Below, piece by piece: positions 22,567 through 33,889 of a stretch of 64,000 bases of DNA. Each line of letters opens with the position of its first letter. Positions within the stretch are counted from its first letter, which is position 1. A program made the translations under genes and the position numbers. Source of the stretch: Parvibaculum sp. (lineage in GTDB: Bacteria; Pseudomonadota; Alphaproteobacteria; Parvibaculales; Parvibaculaceae). The stretch is taken from NCBI GenBank assembly GCA_040223265.1, contig JAVKCY010000022.1:47171-111170 (forward strand). Reading direction: 5' to 3'. The notes under the pieces were generated by a model that saw only the letters and a list, made by a program, of their open reading frames with translations, searched no databases and was not told the origin of the DNA.

Positions 22567-22601
22567 AAAGTGGGATCTCTAAACCGGGGCCCCGCTTTTT
22601 T
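22567..22601 (+). terminator. terminator-like hairpin in the rimP-nusA leader
   Basis: AAAGTGGG...CCCGCTTT stem with a T7 run, 33 nt before the rimP ATG. Confidence 0.5.
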
Positions 22602-22633
22602 TGTTATCTGGAGACTGCTAATTTGAGAGACCG

Positions 22634-23299
22634 ATGGCGGTTTCTCCTGCAAGAGGAAGCCGGTTGCTGAGCGAACGGGATGAAGAAACAGGCAAAACAC
22701 GCGCACCTATGGTGGCCCATGGGGCGCTTGGAAAGCGTATTGCCGACCTGATCGAACCCGCAATCAATGACCTGGGTTATGAGCTTGTGCGTGTGCGCCA
22801 GTCGGGCGACGGCGGTGGCACATTGCAGATCATGGCGGAACGTCCCGACGGCACGATGCAGGTTGAAGATTGTGAGATGGTCAGCCGAACCGTGTCCGCG
22901 TTGATGGATGTGGCGGACCCGATCAAGAGCCAATACATGCTTGAAGTTTCGTCGCCCGGCATTGGTCGTCCGCTGACCCGTGAAAAGGATTTCGAAAACT
23001 GGGCGGGTTTCGACGTGAAGCTCGAACTGTCCGAAATGCTCGCGGGCCGCAAACGTTATCGCGGCACCCTGCAAGGGGTTGAGGCAGGTGAAGTCCTGCT
23101 CGAATTGCAGTTGGACGGACACAAGGAACTGCAGACCATCGGTTTGCCGTTCAACCTTGTGTCGGACGCCCGCCTTGTCATAACGGATGATTTGGTGGAA
23201 GAAAGCGCGCGGCGCCTGAAACCGACCATGAAACCGGCGGACCAAGGTGTAGGCGCAGACAATGCTGGCGATACAGATAGCAAGACGCCGACAAGATGA
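22634..23299 (+). CDS. rimP: ribosome maturation factor RimP
   Basis: LGYELVRV, LQIMAER, LEVSSPGIGRPL, GRKRYRG. Confidence 0.94.
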   Translation: MAVSPARGSRLLSERDEETGKTRAPMVAHGALGKRIADLIEPAINDLGYELVRVRQSGDGGGTLQIMAERPDGTMQVEDCEMVSRTVSALMDVADPIKSQYMLEVSSPGIGRPLTREKDFENWAGFDVKLELSEMLAGRKRYRGTLQGVEAGEVLLELQLDGHKELQTIGLPFNLVSDARLVITDDLVEESARRLKPTMKPADQGVGADNAGDTDSKTPTR

Positions 23300-23395
23300 A
23301 TGTGAAGAATTAAGGATGAAGGCGCGCAAGCGCATTTGACAGACTTGAACCGCCAGATTGAACGGGGCGGTAAAACGGACAACGGAGACGAGATA

Positions 23396-25033
23396 ATGGC
23401 TCAGGCTGTGAGCGCGAACAGATTGGAACTCCTGCAAATTGCAGATGCCGTGGCGCGCGAAAAATCGATCGAGCGTGAACTGGTACTGGAAGCAATGGCA
23501 GAAGCCATTCAGAAGGCGGCCAAATCTCGGTATGGTGCGGAAAACGAAATTCGTGCTCGCATCGATCCGAACACAGGCGAAATTCGTCTGGTTCGTTTGC
23601 TGGATGTGGTTGACGAGATTGAGAATGATGCGACAGAAATTCTGGTCGTTGATGCGCAGCGCCGTAACCCGGCAGCACGCGCGGGCGATCTGATCGAAGA
23701 TGAACTGCCACCGGTTGATTTTGGCCGTATCGCTGCACAGACCGCCAAGCAGGTCATCGTGCAGAAAGTGCGCGACGCGGAGCGCGAACGCCAGTTTGAA
23801 GAATTCAAGGACCGTATTGGCGAGATCGTTCATGGCGTGGTCAAACGCGCTGAGTATGGCAACGTGATTGTGGATCTGGGCCGTGGCGAGGGCATCGTGC
23901 GTCGCGACGAAAGCCTGCCGCGCGAGGTGTTCCGCGCTGGCGACCGTATTCGCGCCTATATTTACGACGTTCGCCGGGAGCAGCGTGGACCACAAATCTT
24001 CTTGTCACGTACACATCCGCAATTCATGGCCAAACTGTTTGGTCAGGAAGTGCCGGAAATCTATGATGGCATTATCGAAGTGAAGGCTGTGGCTCGTGAT
24101 CCAGGCTCGCGCGCGAAAATCGCCGTGACGTCAAATGATCATTCCATCGATCCTGTGGGCGCATGCGTGGGTATGCGCGGTAGCCGTGTGCAGGCCGTGG
24201 TTAACGAGCTTCAAGGCGAGAAGATCGACATCATTCAGTGGACGGATGATTTTGCTGGTTTCATCGTGAACACGCTCGCACCGGCTGAAGTCGCCAAGGT
24301 CGTGCTCGATGAAGATGCGCAGCGCATCGAAGTTGTGGTGCCGGATGAACAATTGTCGCTTGCCATTGGTCGTCGCGGTCAAAACGTCCGCCTCGCCTCG
24401 CAGCTGACCGGTTGGGATATTGATATCCTCACCGAAGCGGAGGAAAGCGAACGCCGTCAGGCTGAATTTGTTCAGCGCTCCAACACGTTCATGGAAGCAT
24501 TGGATGTGGATGAAGTGATTGCCCAGCTTCTGGCGTCTGAAGGTTTTGCGAGTGTAGAAGAAGTGGCTTATGTCTCCCTCGACGAAATCGCGGGCATTGA
24601 AGGTTTCGACGAAGACACGGCACACGAAATTCAAAGCCGCGCGCTTGAGTTCCTAGAGCGTCAGAACGCCGAGTTCGATGAAGCCCGCAAGAAGCTTGGT
24701 GTGGAAGATGACGTTGCCGACGTACCAGGTGTGACGACAGCCATGCTGGTTGCCTTTGGCGAGAATGACATCAAGACGGTGGAGGATCTTGCAGGCTGTG
24801 TCACCGACGATCTGCTCGGTTGGTATGAGCATGTGAAGGGTGAACGCACCCGGATGGCCGGTATCCTGGACGGCTTCGAAATTGAACCGAGTGAAGCTCA
24901 GTCGATCATCATGTCCGCCCGTTTGAAGGCAGGCTGGGTGACAGAAGAAGACTTGGCGCCACCGGCTGAAGAAGATGAAGAAAGTGAAGAAGGCGAAGAA
25001 GGCGAGGAAGAGGGCGAAGGCGACGACGCATAA
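23396..25033 (+). CDS. nusA: transcription termination/antitermination factor NusA
   Basis: ANRLELLQIADAVAREK, FGRIAAQTAKQVI, ARDPGSRAK, AIGRRGQNVRLASQL; ATG 23396 after GGAG. Confidence 0.97.
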   Translation: MAQAVSANRLELLQIADAVAREKSIERELVLEAMAEAIQKAAKSRYGAENEIRARIDPNTGEIRLVRLLDVVDEIENDATEILVVDAQRRNPAARAGDLIEDELPPVDFGRIAAQTAKQVIVQKVRDAERERQFEEFKDRIGEIVHGVVKRAEYGNVIVDLGRGEGIVRRDESLPREVFRAGDRIRAYIYDVRREQRGPQIFLSRTHPQFMAKLFGQEVPEIYDGIIEVKAVARDPGSRAKIAVTSNDHSIDPVGACVGMRGSRVQAVVNELQGEKIDIIQWTDDFAGFIVNTLAPAEVAKVVLDEDAQRIEVVVPDEQLSLAIGRRGQNVRLASQLTGWDIDILTEAEESERRQAEFVQRSNTFMEALDVDEVIAQLLASEGFASVEEVAYVSLDEIAGIEGFDEDTAHEIQSRALEFLERQNAEFDEARKKLGVEDDVADVPGVTTAMLVAFGENDIKTVEDLAGCVTDDLLGWYEHVKGERTRMAGILDGFEIEPSEAQSIIMSARLKAGWVTEEDLAPPAEEDEESEEGEEGEEEGEGDDA

Positions 25034-25741
25034 GTGTCGTCTCTCGAAGCTCTTGCGATAGCGCTCATGGAAAAGAAATCTGACACGGACGAGGCTGCGC
25101 AGCTGGCAGATGCCGACCGCAAGCCCAAACCGTCGAAGAAAGAAGAAGCCGAGCGCCGTTGTATCGCAACCGGTGAAACCCATCCTAAAGCGGGTCTCAT
25201 TCGCTTTGTTGTGGGTCCGGAAGGTCAAATCGGACCGGATCTGGCGGAAAGATTGCCCGGTCGCGGCATGTGGGTGACGGGCACTCGCGAAGCTCTTGAG
25301 CAGGCAATTGCCAAAAAGGCTTTTGCCCGTTCGGCAAAACAACCAGTTCAGGTGGCCGATGGCTTGGTGGACTTGGTGGAACGACTTTTGGAGGCAAGAA
25401 CCGCAGAAACGCTGGGGCTTGCCCGCCGGTCCGGCGAACTGATCATGGGTCTTGAACGCGTGTTTGAGACCCTGGACAGGGATCCTGTCGCGGCACTGAT
25501 TGAAGCGTCCGATGCGGGGCGTGACGGAAGCAGACGCTTCCACGCGAAATTGAAGGCAGCAGAACTGACCTATCTGCCTTTGTTGAAAGAGTTAACCTCC
25601 GGCCAAATGGGTTTGGCATTGGGTCGGTTAAATGTGGTACATGCAGCCCTGAAAAAGGGACGTATGCAAGAAAAGGTACTGGCCGATTTTGCCAGACTGT
25701 CGGCCTGGCGCCGCGGGGACACGCCTGAAAGCACTGCCTGA
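25034..25741 (+). CDS. ylxR: YlxR/DUF448 plus L7Ae-like RNA-binding protein
   Basis: ERRCIAT, LIRFVVGP, LPGRGMWV, LGLARRSG, NVVHAAL; lies between nusA and infB. Confidence 0.88.
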   Translation: MSSLEALAIALMEKKSDTDEAAQLADADRKPKPSKKEEAERRCIATGETHPKAGLIRFVVGPEGQIGPDLAERLPGRGMWVTGTREALEQAIAKKAFARSAKQPVQVADGLVDLVERLLEARTAETLGLARRSGELIMGLERVFETLDRDPVAALIEASDAGRDGSRRFHAKLKAAELTYLPLLKELTSGQMGLALGRLNVVHAALKKGRMQEKVLADFARLSAWRRGDTPESTA

Positions 25742-25849
25742 AAGGGTGGGCTATCGGTGCACCGCAGAACGCCGGGCGCTAAAAAAGAACGAATGGTGAT
25801 ATGTCCAAGGGCGCTATGTCCCACAGACGAAGCCAAGTAAAGGATAAGA

Positions 25850-28561
25850 ATGAGCGATCAGACGGAAGGCGGCGAACGCAAACTGAAAGCCACGGGCGGG
25901 AAAACTCTCAGCCTGAAGCGGACGGTCGAGTCTGGCTCAGTCCGCCAGAACATTTCGCATGGTCGGTCGAAATCGGTTGTTGTCGAGACAAAGCGCAAGC
26001 GCACGATAAAACCGGGTGGAGAAGAAGCGACGGAAGCAGCAGCACCTGCTGCGACGGCAAAGGTAGCGCCGGCTACGGCTGCACCCGCTAAGGCTGCGCC
26101 GAAGGCACCTGTGGCCAAAACGGCGACCAAGACAGCCGCGCCGAAAGTGGCGGCAAAAGAAGCGCCAAAGTCTGCTGCAAAATCTGCCGCGCCTAGAGCT
26201 GAAAAGCCTGCGAAGAAAGACCGCACCGGCGGAATGGTGCTGCGCACCCTGACCGAAGATGAAAAGGCCGCTCGTGGTCGTGCTCTTGATATGGCGCGCA
26301 TTCGCGAAGAAGAAGAGCGCCGCCAGGCCGCGGAAGATGTTGTTCGCCAGGCAGCTGAAGACGAGCGTCGCGCGAAAGAGAAAATAGAAACTGACAAGCG
26401 GGAGGCTGAAGAGGCTGCACGCCTGAAAGTCGAAGAAGAACAAAAACGCGCTTCAGAAGGCGAAACGCGCAAACGCGCGCCGTCAAAGCCTGCGCCGGCA
26501 ACACCAAAAATTGCAACGCCGGCCGACGAAATTACAAAGCCATCGACCAAGTCCACGCCTAAAGTCTCTGCGAAGGATCGCGAAGAAGAGGTTCGCAAAA
26601 CACGTGCGCCATCGCGTGATGGGGATGCGGCAAAACCTGCCGCAGCACCGCGTCGTGATGATCAACGCCGTCGCGGTAAGCTGACTATTGACAGTGCGCT
26701 CCGTGGTCCCGATGAGGCACGGCAGAAGTCACTCGCGTCCATGCGTCGCCGCGCGGAACGCGAACGCAAAAAGGCAATGGGCAACCTGGAGCCACAGGCC
26801 AAAGTCATCCGTGAAGTTGTGATCCCGGAAGCGATCACGGTTCAGGAGCTCGCAAACCGTATGGCTGAACGCGCAGTTGACGTCATCAAGATCCTGATGA
26901 AGCAGGGCGAGATGGTGAAGATCAATGATATTATCGATAGTGATAGTGCGCAGCTCATCGCCGAGGAAATGGGTCACACCGTAAAACGTGTGTCCGCTGC
27001 CGATGTTGAAACCGGTCTTGTGACCGACGATGATCCGACAGAAAGCAAGCTGCCTCGCGCACCGGTCGTGACCGTTATGGGTCACGTTGACCACGGCAAG
27101 ACCTCGTTGCTCGACGCGCTCCGCAAGACCGACGTTGTGTCCGGTGAGGCCGGTGGTATCACCCAGCATATTGGGGCCTATCAGGTCACCATGGCATCCG
27201 GGGACAAGATCACGTTCCTTGATACGCCAGGTCACGAAGCCTTCACCTCCATGCGCGCGCGCGGTGCGAAGGCAACAGATATCGTGATCCTTGTGGTTGC
27301 TGCCGATGATGGCGTCATGCCGCAGACAATTGAAGCAATCAATCACGCGAAGGCGGCAGGTGTGCCGATCATCGTGGCGATCAATAAATGCGACAAGCCA
27401 GCCGCCGATCCGCAGCGTGTAAAAAACGAACTGCTTCAGCACGAAATTTTTGTTGAAGATCTGGGTGGTGAAATTCAGGCTGTTGAAGTGTCAGCTCACA
27501 CCAAAGTGGGTCTTGATACGCTTGAAGATGCCATCATTCTTCAGTCCGAAATTCTGGAACTGAGGTCCAACCCGGATCGGGCTGGCGAAGGCGTAGTCGT
27601 GGAAGCCAAGCTCGACAAGGGCCGCGGCCCCGTGGGCACGCTGCTCATCCAGCGCGGTACACTCCGCGTTGGTGACATTCTGGTCGCAGGCGCTGAATGG
27701 GGTCGCGTGCGCGCCCTCATCAATGACCGCGGCGAGAACGTGGAAGAAGCGGGCCCGTCACAGCCGGTAGAGGTTTTAGGCCTCAACAGCACACCAGAGG
27801 CAGGCGATGTCTTTGTTGTGGTTGAAAACGAAGCCCGTGCGCGTGAAGTGGCGAGCTACCGTCAAGGTGTGCGTCGCGACAAGCGCGTGGGGGGTGCTGG
27901 TCGCACGTCCCTTGATCAGATGCTGTTCCAGTTGAAAGCGTCCGAGCGTCGCGAGCTTCCTATTATTGTGAAGTCAGACGTGCAGGGGTCCGCTGAAGCC
28001 ATCGTTCAGGCGATGGAGAAGCTGGGCACCGACGAAGTATCGGCCCGCGTTATTCATTCCGGCGTTGGTGGTATCACTGAAGCCGACATCACCCTGGCAG
28101 AAGCATCCGGCGCACCGGTCATCGGCTTCAATGTGCGTGCAAATTCGCAGGCACGGGATGCTGCCCGTCAAGCCGGTATCGAGATCCGTTATTATTCCGT
28201 CATCTATGATCTCGTTGATGATGTGAAGGCGGCCATGTCCGGTCTGCTTTCACCGGAACTGCGTGAAACCTTCATCGGCAACGCCGAGATCCTGGAAGTA
28301 TTCAACATTTCCAAGGTCGGCAAGGTGGCCGGTTGTCGTGTCACCGAAGGCAGTGTGCGCCGTGGTGCAAAGGTTCGCCTTATCCGCGACGATGTGGTGA
28401 TCCACGAGGGCACGCTCTCAACGCTGAAGCGCTTCAAGGACGAAGTGAAAGAGGTGGCGTCCGGTCAGGAATGCGGTATGGCCTTTGAAAAATATGAGGA
28501 CATGCGCGCAGGCGACGTGATCGAATGTTTCACGGTAGAGGTCATCGCCCGTACTCTTTAA
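25850..28561 (+). CDS. infB: translation initiation factor IF-2
   Basis: [34 protein letters not shown]. Confidence 0.98.
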   Translation: MSDQTEGGERKLKATGGKTLSLKRTVESGSVRQNISHGRSKSVVVETKRKRTIKPGGEEATEAAAPAATAKVAPATAAPAKAAPKAPVAKTATKTAAPKVAAKEAPKSAAKSAAPRAEKPAKKDRTGGMVLRTLTEDEKAARGRALDMARIREEEERRQAAEDVVRQAAEDERRAKEKIETDKREAEEAARLKVEEEQKRASEGETRKRAPSKPAPATPKIATPADEITKPSTKSTPKVSAKDREEEVRKTRAPSRDGDAAKPAAAPRRDDQRRRGKLTIDSALRGPDEARQKSLASMRRRAERERKKAMGNLEPQAKVIREVVIPEAITVQELANRMAERAVDVIKILMKQGEMVKINDIIDSDSAQLIAEEMGHTVKRVSAADVETGLVTDDDPTESKLPRAPVVTVMGHVDHGKTSLLDALRKTDVVSGEAGGITQHIGAYQVTMASGDKITFLDTPGHEAFTSMRARGAKATDIVILVVAADDGVMPQTIEAINHAKAAGVPIIVAINKCDKPAADPQRVKNELLQHEIFVEDLGGEIQAVEVSAHTKVGLDTLEDAIILQSEILELRSNPDRAGEGVVVEAKLDKGRGPVGTLLIQRGTLRVGDILVAGAEWGRVRALINDRGENVEEAGPSQPVEVLGLNSTPEAGDVFVVVENEARAREVASYRQGVRRDKRVGGAGRTSLDQMLFQLKASERRELPIIVKSDVQGSAEAIVQAMEKLGTDEVSARVIHSGVGGITEADITLAEASGAPVIGFNVRANSQARDAARQAGIEIRYYSVIYDLVDDVKAAMSGLLSPELRETFIGNAEILEVFNISKVGKVAGCRVTEGSVRRGAKVRLIRDDVVIHEGTLSTLKRFKDEVKEVASGQECGMAFEKYEDMRAGDVIECFTVEVIARTL

Positions 28562-28631
28562 GGGACCGGGATAGATGGTGTCTTCGCACGGCTTCAACGG
28601 GTCGGACGCATCGTAAGAGAAGGCTGGAACC

Positions 28632-29069
28632 GTGGCATCACGCGGCAAAGGATCAGGCAGGCCTATTGAGGGCCGCATGGCAAGTCAACGCCAATTGCGT
28701 GTGGGCGAGCTGTTGCGCGCGGCAATCTCGGAGGTTCTGATGCGCCGTGACGTGCGCGATCCGATCTTGCAGACCACTATCATCACCGTGTCTGAAGTGC
28801 GGGCGAGCCCCGACCTTCGCAATGCCAACGTCTTTGTCGCGCCGCTGGGCGATGTGGACCCCAAGGCAGTGATCGAGGCGCTGAACCGTGCGAAAAAATA
28901 TCTCAAAGGCGAGATTGCCCGGATCGTGAACATGAAATTCATGCCGGAGCTGACCTTCACCGCCGACACGACGTATGATTATGCACAAAGCGTTGACGCG
29001 ATGCTCGCCTCGCCAAAGGTCGCGCGCGACCTGAAGCGCGATGAGATGAGCGATGAAGATCAGGACTGA
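28632..29069 (+). CDS. rbfA: ribosome-binding factor A
   Basis: SQRQLRVGE, EVRASPDLRNA, MPELTF; alternative start 28677. Confidence 0.95.
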   Translation: MASRGKGSGRPIEGRMASQRQLRVGELLRAAISEVLMRRDVRDPILQTTIITVSEVRASPDLRNANVFVAPLGDVDPKAVIEALNRAKKYLKGEIARIVNMKFMPELTFTADTTYDYAQSVDAMLASPKVARDLKRDEMSDEDQD

Positions 29070-29072
29070 TCA

Positions 29073-30011
29073 ATGGGCAGGCGCAAAAAGGGCGACCCGG
29101 TTTCTGGCTGGGTGATTGTTGACAAGCCCGTGGGTCCCACCTCCACCCAAATTGTGAGCATTGTGCGGCGTGCGTTCAACGCCCAGAAGGCAGGCCATGC
29201 CGGAACGCTCGATCCGCTGGCAGAAGGCATTTTACCGATCGCCCTGGGCGAGGCGACGAAAACCATTCCCTATGTCATGGATGGCGAAAAGATCTACCGC
29301 TTCACTGTGAAATGGGGAGAGGCGACCTCGACCGATGACCGGGAGGGCGAGATCGTGGGCACGAGCCCCGTCCGGCCCTCGGAAGCAGAGATCGAGCGGG
29401 CGTTACGGGGCTTTCTCGGCCCCATTGAGCAGGTACCCCCCCAATTTTCCGCCATCAAGGTCAATGGAGAGCGGGCCTATGATCTGGCGCGAGATGGTGA
29501 AACAGTGGATTTGAAGGCCCGGACCGTGACGATTTATGAGGCGGAACTGCTCAAAATCGAGGGGCCGGACGCCGCCTCGTTTGAAATCTGCTGCTCAAAA
29601 GGGACCTATGTGCGCTCCCTCGCCAGGGATCTGGGCGAGGCATTGGGCACAAAAGCTCATGTAACGTACCTCAGGCGCCTCGCCACCGGTCCATTTGACG
29701 AAAACGGGTCGATTTTGCTGGATAAAATCAAAGAGTTAGGCAATAGTGCGCCCGCTCGCCCGACCCTGTGGGCGCATTTGCATCCGCTTGAGACCGCGCT
29801 GGACGACATCCCGGCGCTGGCCGTAAGCCCCGCAGATGCGCACCGTTTAAGGCAGGGGCAGGCAATTCTGTTGCGCGGTCGTGATGCGCCGGTCATTGAA
29901 GGGCTTGCCCTGACCGTCGAAAACGGCATGCCGGTGGCACTGGTTGAATATGACCAGGGCGAATTGAAACCGGTCCGCGTGTTCAATCTGTCAGACCGGC
30001 CAACCGGGTGA
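29073..30011 (+). CDS. truB: tRNA pseudouridine(55) synthase
   Basis: KAGHAGTLDPLAEG, PPQFSAIKVNG, CSKGTYVRSL. Confidence 0.97.
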   Translation: MGRRKKGDPVSGWVIVDKPVGPTSTQIVSIVRRAFNAQKAGHAGTLDPLAEGILPIALGEATKTIPYVMDGEKIYRFTVKWGEATSTDDREGEIVGTSPVRPSEAEIERALRGFLGPIEQVPPQFSAIKVNGERAYDLARDGETVDLKARTVTIYEAELLKIEGPDAASFEICCSKGTYVRSLARDLGEALGTKAHVTYLRRLATGPFDENGSILLDKIKELGNSAPARPTLWAHLHPLETALDDIPALAVSPADAHRLRQGQAILLRGRDAPVIEGLALTVENGMPVALVEYDQGELKPVRVFNLSDRPTG

Positions 30012-30023
30012 CACTTTTAGATC

Positions 30024-30050
30024 GTGCCGGGCGCCAGGCGCTCTCGGCAC
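30024..30050 (+). promoter_or_regulatory. stem-loop in the rpsO leader (candidate S15 autoregulatory RNA)
   Basis: GTGCCG...CGGCAC stem with an inner GCGC/GCGC stem, directly before SD GAAGGAG. Confidence 0.4.
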
Positions 30051-30065
30051 ACGAAGGAGTATACG

Positions 30066-30335
30066 ATGTCGATCACAGCTGATCGTAAACAAGAACTAAT
30101 CAAAGAATACGCACAAGGTGCCGGTGATACCGGGTCACCTGAAGTACAGGTTGCTATCCTGACTGAGCGTATCAACAACCTGACCGGTCACTTCAAATCC
30201 CACAACAAGGATAACCATTCCCGTCGTGGCCTTTTGAAGATGGTCAGCCAGCGCCGCAGCCTGCTCGATTACGTAAAGGGCAAAAGCCAGGCGCGTTACG
30301 AAGACCTGATCAAGCGTCTGGGCATCCGTCGCTAA
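30066..30335 (+). CDS. rpsO: 30S ribosomal protein S15
   Basis: [37 protein letters not shown]. Confidence 0.98.
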   Translation: MSITADRKQELIKEYAQGAGDTGSPEVQVAILTERINNLTGHFKSHNKDNHSRRGLLKMVSQRRSLLDYVKGKSQARYEDLIKRLGIRR

Positions 30336-30362
30336 TCGGGAGAGGCTTTTGGCTTCTCCGAT
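30335..30362 (+). terminator. stem-loop after rpsO (terminator or processing/stability hairpin)
   Basis: ATCGGGAGAGGC-TTTTG-GCTTCTCCGAT; no strong U-tract. Confidence 0.4.
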
Positions 30363-30746
30363 ATTCGACAAAGGCGTTCGATCCTCTCGTTGGACCGGAC
30401 GCTTTTCGTGTTTGACCCATCGGATTTTGTGAACTGCCTCGAGCGTTTGTATCTTGAGGTTTTGTTTCTGGGGCAAATGTTCAGGGAAATCGTTTGAGTG
30501 TGTAAGGGGCCTCTCGCCTCAAAAGTGAAAAGCAAAACCAGAGACATGTCCGTCTGTTCGGTGGAATAAGGTTGTTGCTCTCTCCTTTGTCTCGAAGGGA
30601 GAGCAATGCGGAAAGACCTTCCTCCCTCCCGGACTTTATCCGGCCGCAAATTCAAAGCGGCATAACCGAAGCGCCACGCACCCGGCCAAAAACCGATCCG
30701 GATGCGACGATAGTGAGAATGTTAGGGCGCGTATTAGGAAATAGAA

Positions 30747-32966
30747 ATGTTCAATATCTTCCGTGAGGAAATCGAATGGGCTGGACAGCCCCTCATCATC
30801 GAAACGGGTAAAGTGGCCCGACAGGCTGATGGAGCCGTGATGGTGACTTATGGCGAGACAACAGTGCTCGCAACCGCAGTGGCAGAACGCCAGCCAAAGC
30901 CTGGTCTGGACTTTTTCCCGCTGACCGTGAATTACCAGGAAAAAACTTACGCTGCGGGTAAAATTCCCGGCGGTTTTTTCAAGCGTGAAGGTCGTCCGAG
31001 CGAAAAAGAGACACTGGTCTGCCGCCTGATTGACCGGCCCATCCGCCCGCTCTTCCACAAGAGCTTCAAAAACGAAACCCAGATCATTGCGACCGTGATT
31101 TCCCATGATCTGGAAAACGATCCAGACATCGTGGCGATGGTGGCAACCTCTGCCGCCCTGACCCTGTCAGGCATCCCGTTCATGGGCCCGATCGGTGCCG
31201 CACGCGTTGGCTACATTAACGGCGAATATGTGCTGAACCCATCCATCGATGATCTGAAAGAAAGCTCTCTTGACCTTGTGGTTGCAGGGACAGAAGAAGC
31301 CGTTTTGATGGTGGAGTCTGAGGCAAAAGAACTGTCCGAAGAAATCATGCTGGGCGCTGTGATGTTCGGTCATAAAGGCTTCCAGCCCGTGATCGATGCG
31401 ATCATTCGCCTCGCTGAAAAAGCGGCGAAAGAACCACGTGCGATCTCCGAGGAAGACACAAGCGAGATCGACGGCAAGGTTGCAGCGCTCGCGGAAGCTG
31501 ATCTTGTGGCGGCCTACCAGGTTGCCGACAAGATGGAGCGCCAGTCGAAAGTGGCCGACGCTCGTGACAAGGTCATGGCGGCGCTGGTTAACGATGATGA
31601 TGCCAACGCTTATCCGGCCCAAAAAGTTGGTGGCGCATTCAAAGGTCTTGAGAAGAAAATCGTTCGCGGTTCTATTCTGAAAACCAAAAAGCGCATTGAC
31701 GGGCGTGACCTCGACACTGTGCGTCCGATCATGTCGGAAGTAGGCGTTCTGCCTCGCACACACGGCTCCTCCCTTTTCACCCGTGGTGAAACGCAGTCGC
31801 TTGTTGTGGCAACGCTGGGCACCGGCGACGATGAGCAGTTCATCGACGCCTTGGAAGGCACCTATAAGGAAAACTTCCTGCTGCATTACAACTTCCCGCC
31901 CTTCTCTGTTGGGGAAACAGGCCGCGTCGGCTTTACCGGTCGTCGTGAAGTAGGTCACGGCAAGCTTGCATGGCGTGCCATGCGCGCGGTGCTTCCAACC
32001 CGCGAAAGCTTCCCCTACACGATCCGTCTCGTTTCCGAGATCACGGAATCGAACGGTTCCTCCTCCATGGCAACCGTTTGTGGTTCGTCCCTGGCCATGA
32101 TGGATGCCGGCGTGCCGCTGATCCGTCCGGTCGCGGGTATCGCTATGGGCCTCATCAAGGAACCAGAAGGCATTGCCGTTCTGTCCGATATTCTGGGTGA
32201 TGAAGATCACCTGGGCGACATGGATTTCAAGGTGGCCGGTTCTGAGGAGGGCATTACGTCCCTCCAGATGGACATCAAGATCACGGGCATCACCAAGGAC
32301 ATCATGGAAACCGCATTGGCGCAGGCCAAGGGTGGTCGCCTGCATATTCTGGGTGAGATGGGCAAGGCGATCACCTCTGCACGTGAAGAGCTTGGTGAAT
32401 ATGCACCACGCATCGAAACCATGACGGTTCCAACGGACAAGATCCGTGAAGTCATCGGTTCCGGCGGCAAGGTCATCCGTCAGATCGTGGAAGAAACCGG
32501 CGCGAAGGTCGACATCAACGACGAAGGCATTGTCAAAGTGTCCTCATCTGATGCCGCCAGCATCAAAGCAGCGATGGACTGGATCACCGGTATCGTCGCT
32601 GAGCCTGAGGTCGGCCATATCTACAAGGGTAAGGTTGTGAAAGTTGTCGATTTTGGCGCTTTCGTAAACTTCTTCGGTCCAAAGGACGGTCTGGTTCACA
32701 TCTCCCAGCTTGAGCAGCGCAAGGTTGCGAAAGTCTCGGACGTTGTGGCCGAAGGTCAGGAAGTCTTCGTGAAGCTTCTGGGCTTCGATGATCGTGGCAA
32801 GGTTCGCCTCTCCATGAAAGTCGTCAACCAGGAAACGGGTGAGGAAATTCCTCGCGAAGAAGGCGAAGCCGACGACAAGTCTGAGAACCGGTCGGAAAAG
32901 TCGAACGATGGTGACGCAGGCGATAAGCCACGCCGTCCTCGTCGTCGCAAGCCAGCTGAAGATTAA
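30747..32966 (+). CDS. pnp: polyribonucleotide nucleotidyltransferase
   Basis: [40 protein letters not shown] and S1 domains. Confidence 0.98.
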   Translation: MFNIFREEIEWAGQPLIIETGKVARQADGAVMVTYGETTVLATAVAERQPKPGLDFFPLTVNYQEKTYAAGKIPGGFFKREGRPSEKETLVCRLIDRPIRPLFHKSFKNETQIIATVISHDLENDPDIVAMVATSAALTLSGIPFMGPIGAARVGYINGEYVLNPSIDDLKESSLDLVVAGTEEAVLMVESEAKELSEEIMLGAVMFGHKGFQPVIDAIIRLAEKAAKEPRAISEEDTSEIDGKVAALAEADLVAAYQVADKMERQSKVADARDKVMAALVNDDDANAYPAQKVGGAFKGLEKKIVRGSILKTKKRIDGRDLDTVRPIMSEVGVLPRTHGSSLFTRGETQSLVVATLGTGDDEQFIDALEGTYKENFLLHYNFPPFSVGETGRVGFTGRREVGHGKLAWRAMRAVLPTRESFPYTIRLVSEITESNGSSSMATVCGSSLAMMDAGVPLIRPVAGIAMGLIKEPEGIAVLSDILGDEDHLGDMDFKVAGSEEGITSLQMDIKITGITKDIMETALAQAKGGRLHILGEMGKAITSAREELGEYAPRIETMTVPTDKIREVIGSGGKVIRQIVEETGAKVDINDEGIVKVSSSDAASIKAAMDWITGIVAEPEVGHIYKGKVVKVVDFGAFVNFFGPKDGLVHISQLEQRKVAKVSDVVAEGQEVFVKLLGFDDRGKVRLSMKVVNQETGEEIPREEGEADDKSENRSEKSNDGDAGDKPRRPRRRKPAED

Positions 32967-33051
32967 TCAGCACCAAAGGCAATAAAATCAGCGTTCACGC
33001 CTTGAAAATCACTGTTCAAGTCTTGGCGTAACGTTGATGACAGGACAAAAT

Positions 33052-33079
33052 AGGGGCCCCGCAAGGGCCCCTTTCTTTT
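33052..33079 (+). terminator. intrinsic terminator of pnp
   Basis: AGGGGCCC-CGCAA-GGGCCCCT then TTCTTTT. Confidence 0.8.
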
Positions 33080-33118
33080 GGGTCATATCTCGCCCAAAGT
33101 CTGAACGAAGGAAATAAT

Positions 33119-33871
33119 ATGGCGTCCAGCTCCAAGCTCCTTGTTGCTATTTTGCTGACCCTCGCGCTCGCATCCACTCTGTCGGTGCGTGCAGATGATA
33201 TTGAGGCACCAGCCACAAGGTTAGATACGGGGTCAGATACGGGGTCAGACACCACATCAGCGACTGCGCCAGAGACAAGCCCAGAGACAACTCCAGATAC
33301 GGGGGCAGCGGAGATCCCTGCGGAGTTTAATTGGCAGAACGTTATCACCGCGTTTGATCGGGACCGGCTGGCGCGGCTGAATGAAGCTGTGGCGCTTGGC
33401 AATGAAGAAAGTTATGCGGCGTCCGCTACAATCGGTGAGCGGGCGGCCTTTCATCGGGTCATGAACACGCCCACAAAACCCGTCGATGATGCGAAACTGA
33501 TCGGCTGGTGGGCTTGTCGTACGATCAAGGTTGGCGGCAAGTTCGCGGGCCTTGTCGTCTATAGCTGGTTTGATTGCCGGATATCCGTGCGTAAGGGTTT
33601 TCTGTTTCTGGAAAAGCGCTCAGGCTCGCAGCGCCTCTCTGGTCGGCTCTATCAAGATGGGCCCGAGCGTCGGATATTGCTCGCCGCCCCTACTTACAAT
33701 GATGAGCCGCAGCGAGATTATTCAGGGCCCCACGGTGGCATCACCGACCCGCAGATCCAGGACAAACTGGGCGTACTACAGGAACTGGAAGACGGGCGCT
33801 TGCGCCTCCTCTTCCCCTGGTCGGTGCTGGAAAGTACTTATGATATTCTGGAGCTGAAGCGCGCGGAGTGA
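33119..33871 (+). CDS. exported DUF4893-family protein
   Basis: signal peptide, low-complexity linker, W-x-CRTIK-x-GG, LVVYSWF-x-C, LEKRSGSQR. Confidence 0.75.
   Translation: MASSSKLLVAILLTLALASTLSVRADDIEAPATRLDTGSDTGSDTTSATAPETSPETTPDTGAAEIPAEFNWQNVITAFDRDRLARLNEAVALGNEESYAASATIGERAAFHRVMNTPTKPVDDAKLIGWWACRTIKVGGKFAGLVVYSWFDCRISVRKGFLFLEKRSGSQRLSGRLYQDGPERRILLAAPTYNDEPQRDYSGPHGGITDPQIQDKLGVLQELEDGRLRLLFPWSVLESTYDILELKRAE
33223..33306 (+). repeat. in-frame degenerate 12-bp tandem repeat (7 units)
   Basis: AGATACGGGGTC x2, AGACACCACATC, AGCGACTGCGCC, AGAGACAAGCCC, AGAGACAACTCC, AGATACGGGGGC. Confidence 0.8.
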
Positions 33872-33889
33872 ACGTGTCAGAAGTGCCGC

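Noticed and set aside
26020-26220. Ala/Lys/Pro-rich IF-2 N-terminus, and the acidic NusA tail near 24960-25030
   Set aside because: Variable low-complexity linkers are normal in these proteins.
31167-32345. 392-aa antisense ORF in pnp (also 22604-23995, 24653-25543, 26729-27442, 53148-53981, 4375-5166)
   Set aside because: Shadow ORFs of strongly biased genes; no family signatures.
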